DNA of 20,652 bases from Bdellovibrionota bacterium (GTDB taxonomy: Bacteria; Bdellovibrionota_C; UBA2361): contig JBILDU010000052.1 in assembly GCA_044352465.1 (NCBI GenBank), positions 1-20,652 on the forward strand. The letters are read 5' to 3'. Made by a program: the position numbers and the translations under genes. Position 1 is the first letter of the stretch. Each line of letters begins with the position of its first letter. The notes under the pieces are model-generated. The model had not been told where the DNA came from. It ran no database searches and worked only from the letters and a program-made list of their open reading frames with translations. Below, piece by piece: positions 9,303 to 17,056 of the stretch.

Positions 9303-10007
9303 ATGAAGCGATTTGTTCTGGTGGTGATGTCGGTTTTCGTGGCGACAGTGAGTCGCGCTGCCTGTCCTCGGGTTGGGGGAGTGTCGGATGTCAATTGCGA
9401 TGGCGTGGCCTCCGTCGTTGTCGTTGGCGATAGCTTCGTTTACGGAACCGGTGACACCCGCAACAACGGGCGGGGAGGGTACCTCGTGCGAGCTCGGAAG
9501 AAGCTTCGGGGTGTATCCCTCGAGGGGTTCGGCACCAAAGGGCTCGATACACGGCAACTTCTTAAAAGGGTCGGTGATGAGTTCTCACGCACTGAGGTGT
9601 CGCCTTTGAGAGAGGCTCTGGTTGGCTCCGATATCGTTGTTCTCGACCTAGGGCGCAACGATAGGTGGTTCTTTGGTCTCCCTGCGGAGGCTTATCGAAA
9701 TCTGAAACGGATCGGCACTCTCATTAGAAGTAAGGTGAGCGCAGAAGCTGGCTCAGCCCCTGTGGTCGTCACAGCTGTACTCATGCTCCCCAATCGGGGT
9801 TCCCAGGGCCCGTGGGTCAAAGCGCTCAATAAGCTGATACTAAAGAGCGATCGACCCGAGGCTCCCGCCGACCTGAGGTTCGATCTCGTTAGTAAAAAAT
9901 TGCTCTCCGGGGACCAGCTTCATCCCACCTCCATCGGTTACGATGAGTTAGCCAAGACATTTGTTCGTTACATTCAAAAGACCCTATCCGCGCGGCTGGA
10001 ACGGTAA
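9303..10007 (+). CDS. Secreted SGNH/GDSL hydrolase family protein
   Basis: Block I VVVGDSF, block III LGRND, block V DQLHP...GY. Signal peptide MKRFVLVVMSVFVATVSRA. The ORF extends upstream to 9276. Confidence 0.88.
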   Translation: MKRFVLVVMSVFVATVSRAACPRVGGVSDVNCDGVASVVVVGDSFVYGTGDTRNNGRGGYLVRARKKLRGVSLEGFGTKGLDTRQLLKRVGDEFSRTEVSPLREALVGSDIVVLDLGRNDRWFFGLPAEAYRNLKRIGTLIRSKVSAEAGSAPVVVTAVLMLPNRGSQGPWVKALNKLILKSDRPEAPADLRFDLVSKKLLSGDQLHPTSIGYDELAKTFVRYIQKTLSARLER

Positions 10008-10045
10008 TAAGCGGACCCCGCGCCCTTAACCTTTTCTGTAAATAC

Positions 10046-10054
10046 TGTTATAAT
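10046..10054 (+). promoter_or_regulatory. Candidate extended -10 promoter (TGnTATAAT)
   Basis: TGTTATAAT in an AT-rich patch, ending 7 nt before ATG 10062. Confidence 0.55.
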
Positions 10055-10061
10055 AGGGGGC

Positions 10062-10730
10062 ATGCATGAGCCTGCCCCAAACTCTGGCCCCGCAGCGGAC
10101 ACCCTCAGCTCTCTTCCCGGGCCCGCGGGGCAATCTCGGCCCCTTGAAGCCCATACCCTTTCAATAACGCTGCCCACCGATGTCATCGATCGCCAGTCGT
10201 TCGGACGTTGGCTGCAAGGGACGCTGCCGAGTCTCATCGAGGAGATTACCGAGGCTTTTCACCGGGGCCTTGCAAAGGTTCCGACGCTGTCGGAGAACGA
10301 ACGGGAGCGGTTGGGGTGGAACCTCCGCTTTGCGGTCCACGAGCTTTTGGTAAACGCTGTGTGTTACGGATTAGGTGGTATGACATCCGCGCAGCGGGTG
10401 CAGGCCTACGTCGATGTTCAGAGCAGCGAGTCTCTTGATCAGGCGTTGCGGGTCGTATTGACTGACACAGCGGTTCGCGCACGCGTGGCGTCGGTGGGCG
10501 CGGAGGTTTATCAGGACAAAGCGGTCCTAGCTATTCATGACGGCACTCCCTTTGCCGACTTTAAGGAGCGGTGGTCGCGCGCTCCGGAGGCGCTTCTTGA
10601 GGAGAATTTGGAGCGGCCGCACGGCCGGGGCTTTCTCCTTCTTCAGGGCTACGGGTTCACGGCCGAGCAAGCATCAAACGGTGCGGTTAGCTACTCGTTA
10701 AAATTTCCCTCCGAGCGGCAAAGTTTCTGA
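10062..10730 (+). CDS. RsbW/SpoIIAB-like HATPase_c (anti-sigma-factor kinase-type) ATP-binding protein
   Basis: N-box LRFAVHELLVNAV.YG, D-box IHDG.PF, G-box ERPHGRGFLLL. No HisKA domain seen. Confidence 0.75.
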   Translation: MHEPAPNSGPAADTLSSLPGPAGQSRPLEAHTLSITLPTDVIDRQSFGRWLQGTLPSLIEEITEAFHRGLAKVPTLSENERERLGWNLRFAVHELLVNAVCYGLGGMTSAQRVQAYVDVQSSESLDQALRVVLTDTAVRARVASVGAEVYQDKAVLAIHDGTPFADFKERWSRAPEALLEENLERPHGRGFLLLQGYGFTAEQASNGAVSYSLKFPSERQSF

Positions 10731-11614
10731 GCTCGTGGCAGAACGCTCCGCGTGGTCCCCAGCGGGTGAGTTTTTACGTATCCCAACATCACGTCTCGGC
10801 TGAGCCGAAGGGCAAGTCCAGGGCGTCGTAGCGCGGTATAGATGTCGTAGGGAGGATAGCCGTGGCCGTAGGGGATGTACAAACGTCTTGGAATCTTTGA
10901 TGCCGTTGTGGCGGGGATAACCGACAAGCCATAGAGCTGCTCAATCTCGTGGGAGATCGCGCGCTCTTGGAGACGAAGCGTCACCGCATGAACGATGGCG
11001 CGGTCGTGTGAAGCAACGCCGATGGTGCACGGGGTGTTGCCCAAGAGATCGATGATTCGCCCGAAGCCCTCCCGGGGATCCACCTCGCCCCCGTTACGGT
11101 CGGGTAGTTGTCCTTTGACGATCCGGAGGGGGATTCGCAAATCGAGAAGCTTCGCTAGATCGGGCACACTACGTCGCCAACGACTGGGCACTGTATACCC
11201 GATATTTGAAAAACGGGCGCGGAGCTGTGCCACGATACCGATAGTGCGGTCGACCGAATCGGCAGTCATCGCATCGAGGTGAATGCGTATGTCTTTCGCC
11301 GCAGCCCGTTCGAGGAGCTCTCGTAATCGCGCGGTGTCGTAATCGATAGCGGGAAGTTTCACCGCGAGATAGCAATCGATCGACGATGTAAGGATTCCCG
11401 CAAGCGCACCCGTGTAGCTTTGGTAAACCGCATCGGCCTTGTCGGTGGGTTTATTCCACGGACAGATGATGAATCGGCTGATGTGGTCCGTGCGAGAGTG
11501 GGTGAGCCGGGCTGCATCGGCGAACGAGTCTCCGGCGATGTACCGTCGGGAGCCGTAGACCGCCAACCGATCGAGGATTCTTTGGACCGACGGTTTGAGC
11601 GCGCGCGGGATCAT
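10691..11614 (-). CDS. Proline dehydrogenase-like flavoprotein (divergent)
   Basis: RRYIAG, YLAVKL, IHLDAM, LRIVKG, VASHD, EQLYG and LYIPYG follow the monofunctional PRODH barrel. The substrate helix motif YxxRRxxE is not conserved. Confidence 0.75.
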   Translation of the reverse strand: MIPRALKPSVQRILDRLAVYGSRRYIAGDSFADAARLTHSRTDHISRFIICPWNKPTDKADAVYQSYTGALAGILTSSIDCYLAVKLPAIDYDTARLRELLERAAAKDIRIHLDAMTADSVDRTIGIVAQLRARFSNIGYTVPSRWRRSVPDLAKLLDLRIPLRIVKGQLPDRNGGEVDPREGFGRIIDLLGNTPCTIGVASHDRAIVHAVTLRLQERAISHEIEQLYGLSVIPATTASKIPRRLYIPYGHGYPPYDIYTALRRPGLALRLSRDVMLGYVKTHPLGTTRSVLPRAQKLCRSEGNFNE

Positions 11615-11624
11615 TGAAAGACCT

Positions 11625-12698
11625 TTATGAATGAGCCGGTAAAGCCGGGACTGTATTGCGGAAGCGGCGACTCAACGTGAGCCACGCATCACGGCAGAGC
11701 TCCCTGACCCCTTGAGGGGAATAGGTGTAGAGTCGTAGCGTTTGATACTCACGCTTACCCCGGCTCCATACCTGAAGCCACGGTTCCTCAAAGCCTAAGA
11801 ACTCAAATACCTGCGAGCCGTTATGAAACCCAAATTTTACCGCCTCGTTCATCAGAATAACCCCGGGGGAGCATCCTCGGTACTCATTATGAAAAGCCGT
11901 CTTCAGCACCCACAATGTATCAGCGAAGTCGAGCATAATCTGCGCGGCGACAGTGACCCCGTTAAGTCGGACGAATCCGAAAACAAGCCGTGCCGGTGAT
12001 TCGGTGAGAGCCTGAAAAAAACGGTGGGCTTTTGGGTCAATCTCGATAGCGGTTCCGGCATCGTATTTCCAGCTATAGCGCTCGAGTTCGATGTAACGAG
12101 AGAGAAGCGCTGGTGCGGTCTTTGAGTCGGAGGCGCTGATTTCATGCTCGATCGTACCGAGCGCTGCAGCCTTACGGTACGCCCGCCGAAGATCGCTCCG
12201 TCGGTTCGGCGGGAGAGCTGCCTCGAAGTCATCCCATGAGCCGGCGAGTGGAAGGTACGGCGATCCACCCTCGGAACGAAGTACCCGGAGCGCCGCACCA
12301 CCGAGGGCGCGTCCGAGTGTGGCTGGAGCAAAGTGGGTCGTTGGAATTCGTCGCAGCTCAAGAGGCAACCCTATGCGACGAAGCGCCTTGAAGAGATCGC
12401 GCTCCGCCGCAGCGTCGTCTGCAATCACATACGCCGGCTCCGGTAGCGCATAGCTTGAGAGGAACCGGAGGTACGACGTATCGGGAGACTTCACCAATGC
12501 GCCGCCGGCTCTGAGGGCGCCGTCCCGTCCTTTGAGCGCGATAAGAAGGGGAGTATCCCCCGGGTCCAACGCGGAGAGACTGGCCCGAATCCAGGCGTGG
12601 CTGAGGGTGGGGAGGCGGTGACGTAGCGCGAGGCGGTCCCACTCGGGTTTCAAGGAATCGAATTCCTGGGGGGTCACCGTAACACCACTTTTTTTCAT
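11625..12698 (-). CDS. GNAT family N-acetyltransferase (CelD/BcsL-like, Acetyltransf_6)
   Basis: EWDRL...SHAW, SPYLPLAGSWDDF, RSDLRRA.RK, ELERYSWK, KTAF..EY..CSPG, FEFLG..EPW. AGGAGGAG SD upstream. Confidence 0.88.
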   Translation of the reverse strand: MKKSGVTVTPQEFDSLKPEWDRLALRHRLPTLSHAWIRASLSALDPGDTPLLIALKGRDGALRAGGALVKSPDTSYLRFLSSYALPEPAYVIADDAAAERDLFKALRRIGLPLELRRIPTTHFAPATLGRALGGAALRVLRSEGGSPYLPLAGSWDDFEAALPPNRRSDLRRAYRKAAALGTIEHEISASDSKTAPALLSRYIELERYSWKYDAGTAIEIDPKAHRFFQALTESPARLVFGFVRLNGVTVAAQIMLDFADTLWVLKTAFHNEYRGCSPGVILMNEAVKFGFHNGSQVFEFLGFEEPWLQVWSRGKREYQTLRLYTYSPQGVRELCRDAWLTLSRRFRNTVPALPAHS

Positions 12699-12878
12699 CG
12701 AAGATACTCCTCCTGAGTCGACGGTTCGGGCTGGTAATGTACGGTTTTTATGACCGCCTGGAATGATGGCTATCAGGCCGATTTCGATATGACGATAGCG
12801 TGGGGAGCCGCTGTCCGGGCGCTACCCGCATCGCCCATCTTAGGATTGGCCATGCGGATGAGCTCTTTTTCTCGTTCG

Positions 12879-14372
12879 CTATGGCAGCGGATCGAGTTGC
12901 GCTCGCCTGACCGCGAGTGCGCCGATCTGGCGACCAACTGCGAGGCCTCTTTCACCATCGAAGCGATAGTGGATCCCCCCGAGGACTCGCGAGAGAGCTG
13001 CTGCCTCAGCAAGTGTGGTAAGCTCCTCCCGGTCACGGGGGAAAAAGAACCCGAGTACCTCCGCCGCCGCGCCGGAGAATGTGGCGTGACCGGAGGTATA
13101 GGCGGGGAAGGGGGGCACCCCAACCGGGGTCGATATGGTCGGATCCACCTGTGAGGGACGAGCGAGTCCGTAATAGTACTTAGTCTCCCAACACGAAATC
13201 CCCGCATCGTAGAGCGCCACGTTTAGATAAGCGAGGACTCGGGCAGCTTCACTATCCTCAAACTCATACCGGGTGATGAGCTCGCTGGCGATGGCGTTCC
13301 AGTGTCCGGGGGGTGTCGCGGTGCCGGGACCATCAGCCCAGAAGCGGACAAGTTCGAGTTGCTCCGGCGAGCGATTTCGGCAGAGCTCCTGTACCTCCGT
13401 GAGGGCTGCGCGGAAAATAGCGCTGCCCCTCTCGGGAGGGGGAGCTGGGCGAAACTGGGCGGGGTGCTCCATGACGAGTGGCTCAAGGGTACCCCACCCG
13501 GGGAGAAGTGCCCCGTGTTCATCGGCGTACCACCCCCCGGCCAGTTTGTCGGATGAAACCACTCCCCGTGGAACCGGCCTCTCCGCGGCATATCGACTGA
13601 TCTCGCGAGCACTATGGTATCCAAGGTGGGCACCTTCGCTCAGGTCGCTTGGCGCGCTCACCCCGGAGAGGATACGGGTTTTTAGATGTTCATAGAATAA
13701 GCCTTCGAGCTTTTCCGTTGCATCAGGAAAGGCCGCAGCGAGAATCATCTTGGACGCAGCTGCGATCGAACCGTGATGTGAGGGGTACGCTGATATCGCC
13801 TCCGGGGCAGAGCGGAGTGGAATCGCTGCAACGACCTGTGCCGGTGCTTCCCGGAAGAAATCCTCCTTCGCTCGAGCGGCGAGAACAAGAGCATCGTGTT
13901 GCGCGATGCTGAGAAGTGCATAGAGACGTGAAGCCTCGGGGGGATTCATCGCGTTTTGAGCCACCAGTTCCCGGGCGATTTCATTCCAGGCGACACTCGG
14001 TGCTCGATTCCACCGCGTGTCTAAAAGGGCTATTTCATCTCGGCCGGTGGTTTCAATCAGGGCGAGGATCTGCTGGTGCTCTGCGGTCGTACGAAAACTA
14101 CCCGAGGCAGGCGGGGGCGAAGGAATAATACCCATCGAGGCGAGAAAGGGGCGGGGCTCAAGGGGAGACTGGGTGCGGTAACGCTGCTCTTCGACTCGTA
14201 ACTCAGAAAGCATCGGGCTAAAAGCGATCTCGTGCGCGGGAGGGTCAATACCCGCGGCGGTAGACACACCGGGAATCATCGCTCGGTTAATGGTGGGGAA
14301 TTTCAGGTCGGTGATGGACCCGTCGGGCTCTGCGGAAGCGGTGGCGCGCGGGGCCGTTTTTATACCTGTCAT
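12879..14372 (-). CDS. PAP2 superfamily / vanadium-dependent haloperoxidase-like protein with an internal domain duplication
   Basis: The C-terminal domain has KYYYGLARP (Kx6RP), PAYTSGH and SRVLGGIHYRFD. The N-terminal half is a degenerate copy. Start is uncertain. Confidence 0.88.
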   Translation of the reverse strand: MTGIKTAPRATASAEPDGSITDLKFPTINRAMIPGVSTAAGIDPPAHEIAFSPMLSELRVEEQRYRTQSPLEPRPFLASMGIIPSPPPASGSFRTTAEHQQILALIETTGRDEIALLDTRWNRAPSVAWNEIARELVAQNAMNPPEASRLYALLSIAQHDALVLAARAKEDFFREAPAQVVAAIPLRSAPEAISAYPSHHGSIAAASKMILAAAFPDATEKLEGLFYEHLKTRILSGVSAPSDLSEGAHLGYHSAREISRYAAERPVPRGVVSSDKLAGGWYADEHGALLPGWGTLEPLVMEHPAQFRPAPPPERGSAIFRAALTEVQELCRNRSPEQLELVRFWADGPGTATPPGHWNAIASELITRYEFEDSEAARVLAYLNVALYDAGISCWETKYYYGLARPSQVDPTISTPVGVPPFPAYTSGHATFSGAAAEVLGFFFPRDREELTTLAEAAALSRVLGGIHYRFDGERGLAVGRQIGALAVRRAQLDPLP

Positions 14373-14502
14373 CTTAGTAAATCTGGTCCCTAAGAACTTG
14401 GGATAATCACTGTCACCGAATGTTAGTTTATAGCTAAATCGAGATCGAAATGAGAGAAATACTGGCTTTTAGAATGTGTGTTCGTTGGTGAGGCGACGTA
14501 AA

Positions 14503-14521
14503 GGCCCAGCTCCGCTGGGCC
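14503..14521 (-). terminator. GC-rich hairpin, possible weak intrinsic terminator downstream of the cheY-like gene
   Basis: GGCCCAGC-TCC-GCTGGGCC (8-bp stem). On the minus strand it is followed only by TTTACG. Confidence 0.4.
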
Positions 14522-14657
14522 CGGGCGGCATACCTCGATGCCGCTTCGCTATCCCCGGGGGACTTTTTTAGCGATCCGACGGTAGGGCGCGTCGTGAGCT
14601 CATCCACCGATGGCTGTCAGCCGTTATGGCGAAGCGTTTGACGAGAGAGCGCCGAGC

Positions 14658-15059
14658 TTATCGGGCGATGATCGGGAGGGCCTCTTTAATCTTTTCCTCG
14701 AGGGTTTCGGCGGTGAACGGTTTCGCAAGATAAAACGAGACGCCTGATTCACGGGCGCGGAGTACGCTCTCCCTGTCGGCCTGTTTGGTGAGCAGGATAA
14801 ACGGCGTCGTTTCAAGCCGAGCTTGTCCTCTCACGTAGGCAAGCAGTTCAAAGCCGGACATCTCCGGCATGTGCCAGTCGGATATAATCAGGGAATAGGT
14901 ATCGAATTCGAGCTTTTGTGCCGCTTCCCGCGCATCTCGCGCTTCCGCTATATTCACGAAACCGAGAGCCACGAGTTGATTACGCACAATCTTTCGCATC
15001 GAGGCGAGGTCGTCCACCACAAGGATATGAATCGAGTCCCGTGATATCTTCGAGTCCAC
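14658..15059 (-). CDS. cheY: Single-domain CheY-like response regulator
   Basis: ILVVDDLASMRKIVRNQL..LGF, IISDWHMPEMSGFELL, PFILLT, YLAKPFTAETLEEKI closely follow CheY. No other che genes are in the window. Confidence 0.8.
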   Translation of the reverse strand: MDSKISRDSIHILVVDDLASMRKIVRNQLVALGFVNIAEARDAREAAQKLEFDTYSLIISDWHMPEMSGFELLAYVRGQARLETTPFILLTKQADRESVLRARESGVSFYLAKPFTAETLEEKIKEALPIIAR

Positions 15060-15418
15060 CGCTTTCTCTCGCCGGTCGTTTGAGAAAAGAAAAGCTCACA
15101 GCTTTGCCGTTTTCGAGAGAGCGCCCCTTCGCCAGAGTCGGTGTTATCTTCACGTCGTCCGGTTTTGAGACAGCTCCTCAAGGTTATCGACCTTAAGTTT
15201 GAGCCGCTAAAGCGGAAGTTCCGGCGGTTCCATGTTTTTCGGTCCTATTTTCGCGCGGTTGGGCAACCTTTGGGGCTCGCCGGGATTACTCGCCATTGCC
15301 GGGGTTTGGGGGGCGCGCCCCTGTGGTATACCTCCGAGCTGTGAGAGGCCGCTCGAGGGTGTTTTCGACACGAGGTGCCGGTGAAACCAATGAAGCCTTT
15401 TCAGGGGAGGTGCTAACG

Positions 15419-15691
15419 ATGCCTGATGTTTGGACCACAAATCCGTCGAAGCTGAAGAACTATCTTGTCGAGTCGGGTTCGACGTGTGGCGTTCCCGGCC
15501 GCGTCCTCGCTGGGCGTGATCCGGAGTGGACGTGTACCTATGATTCGAAAGGGTGGCTGCGCGATATCTATATTCATCCGGTCAGCGAGTTGTATTTTTC
15601 ACCTCCCATCGGAAGCCTCTTTGTCATAATCTTGGTCATAGGTATCTTTATCGGCCTACTTTGGGGGCGGCGTTTTTGGCGTCGTTCGTAG
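15419..15691 (+). CDS. Hypothetical 90-aa protein with a C-terminal TM helix and basic tail
   Basis: GGGGAGG SD before ATG 15419. Soluble N-terminal part with two Cys, then LFVIILVIGIFIGLLW-GRRFWRRS. Lies 18 nt before the DoxX gene. Confidence 0.7.
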   Translation: MPDVWTTNPSKLKNYLVESGSTCGVPGRVLAGRDPEWTCTYDSKGWLRDIYIHPVSELYFSPPIGSLFVIILVIGIFIGLLWGRRFWRRS

Positions 15692-15709
15692 ACTTTTTTG
15701 GGGGAAGCG

Positions 15710-16105
15710 ATGATTGAGCGGCTTTTAAAAGGGGATCCTCGGGAGTGCTTTCTCGTATCGTTGCGGGTAACTTTCGGCGTGTGGCTCCTCTTCGTAGGGC
15801 TTTCAAAGTTCCTCGGTGGGGCGACCGGCTTTGTGGGGTATATCGAGGGAGAGTTTGCGGCGACGTGGCTTCCGCCGATTGTGACGACCGTGACCGCCTA
15901 TCTTATCTTAGTAGCGGAACCTGTCGTGGGGGGCTGGCTTCTCCTCGGGAAAAAACAGCGGCTGGCGTGGTTGAGCGCCGCACTTCTCATGTTCCTCTTA
16001 ATGTTTGGAAAGACCATTCTGCGAGACTTTGCGACGGTAGCGAATAATTGGCAGTACGTGGTTCTGTGCCTTGTCGCTGCGGCGCTGACACATTCCGATG
16101 AGTGA
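15710..16105 (+). CDS. DoxX family membrane protein
   Basis: LRVTFG.WLL..GLSKF, AE.VVG..LLLG...R.A; about four TM helices. ATG 15710 follows GGGGGAAG. Confidence 0.85.
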   Translation: MIERLLKGDPRECFLVSLRVTFGVWLLFVGLSKFLGGATGFVGYIEGEFAATWLPPIVTTVTAYLILVAEPVVGGWLLLGKKQRLAWLSAALLMFLLMFGKTILRDFATVANNWQYVVLCLVAAALTHSDE

Positions 16106-16165
16106 TGGTGACGTCCTGCCCAGGGAAGTGTGCTTCGAAGAAGCTCGGTTGGGTTTTGCGGGGCA

Positions 16166-16284
16166 CTAGTCCTTCGACCAATAAGTTTTTTCACTCCCGC
16201 GGAGTGAAAAACTAACTCAGGACTAGTGGTGAGCATAAATTCTATTACCTTGCAGGTGAAAGAATCTAATGGTCGAACCACTAG
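16166..16284. repeat. Two homologous ~61-nt CTAG-bounded hairpin elements in inverted orientation, sharing a central CTAG (MITE/REP-like)
   Basis: E1 at 16166-16226 (+) and E2 at 16223-16284 (-). 23 of the first 29 nt are identical. Terminal stems are CTAGTCCT/AGGACTAG and CTAGTGGT/ACCACTAG. Confidence 0.8.
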
Positions 16285-16300
16285 CAAACCAGGGAGGCTC

Positions 16301-17047
16301 TCACACCTCGCGGATTTTAAAGCCTAGCTCGCAGAGGTCAGGAACGTAATCGAGCAGAGCGTCGAAGCGCCGACCGTTCTCAAAATGATAAACGAAGCTG
16401 GTCGATTCTCCCGCCCACGTTGGCGTGATATATTTGACTCGCTGGTCCCATCCGACATCGGCTCCAAAGCGCTGACCGATGCTCTCACGAATTAAGCAAT
16501 AGAGGCCTGATCCGCGCTCCAGAAACTCGTGACCTATCGGAGAGCGGAGGGCGCGGCCGACTTTGTTTAACTCGCTGGCGAATGCCAGGGGCGAAAGAAG
16601 GAGTGTGAACCGCGGAGCTGCTTCATGCTCGATGAACGCCACATCGTATCCCGCAAACCCTTCCCCGACGGGACGTAGCCGCTCACCTGCCAGAAGCAGA
16701 TTCCGTCCCCGCGAATCGCGTAACTCGAGGAGGCCGCGACGTTCCACCTGGCTATCCTCTCGGGAGCAGAATCGAATCTCCGAGACGAAACGGCCGACGT
16801 AGTCGGTGGCTTGGTTACTCGGATGTCCGCGGACAGCTCCGAGGAATTCATCGAGCCGGGATATGAAGTCGCTGCGCTCTGTTGGAGTGGTTTGCTGGGG
16901 CGGTATAATCGTTACGTCACGGCGGTTTGAGACGCGCTCATGAAATGCATCCAGCGCCAGGTCTGTTTCCAAAGGGGCCCGCAGGTCGATATTGCGCCAC
17001 CATTCATCGATGTTCGAGGCGCGGGCTGGATCGGGTTGCTGTGACAT
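16301..17047 (-). CDS. Hypothetical protein (248 aa), paralog of 17057-17851
   Basis: Long ORF with a TAAGGA SD overlapping the upstream stop codon. Collinear similarity to the upstream ORF. Confidence 0.8.
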   Translation of the reverse strand: MSQQPDPARASNIDEWWRNIDLRAPLETDLALDAFHERVSNRRDVTIIPPQQTTPTERSDFISRLDEFLGAVRGHPSNQATDYVGRFVSEIRFCSREDSQVERRGLLELRDSRGRNLLLAGERLRPVGEGFAGYDVAFIEHEAAPRFTLLLSPLAFASELNKVGRALRSPIGHEFLERGSGLYCLIRESIGQRFGADVGWDQRVKYITPTWAGESTSFVYHFENGRRFDALLDYVPDLCELGFKIREV

Positions 17048-17056
17048 GGTGTTTCC

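Noticed and set aside
14658..15059. Chemotaxis operon
   Set aside because: Only an orphan CheY-like gene is present, with no cheA, cheW or MCP genes nearby.
16184..16213. Bidirectional intrinsic terminator between convergent genes
   Set aside because: The T-run precedes and the A-run follows the stem on both strands, the reverse of terminator polarity. It is better explained as part of element E1.
16166..16284. Integron attC site, HDV-like ribozyme or 6S RNA
   Set aside because: There are no RYYYAAC/GTTRRRY boxes. The pseudoknot-like topology lacks the HDV P3/L3, P1.1 and catalytic C features. There is no 5'-3' closing stem as in 6S RNA.
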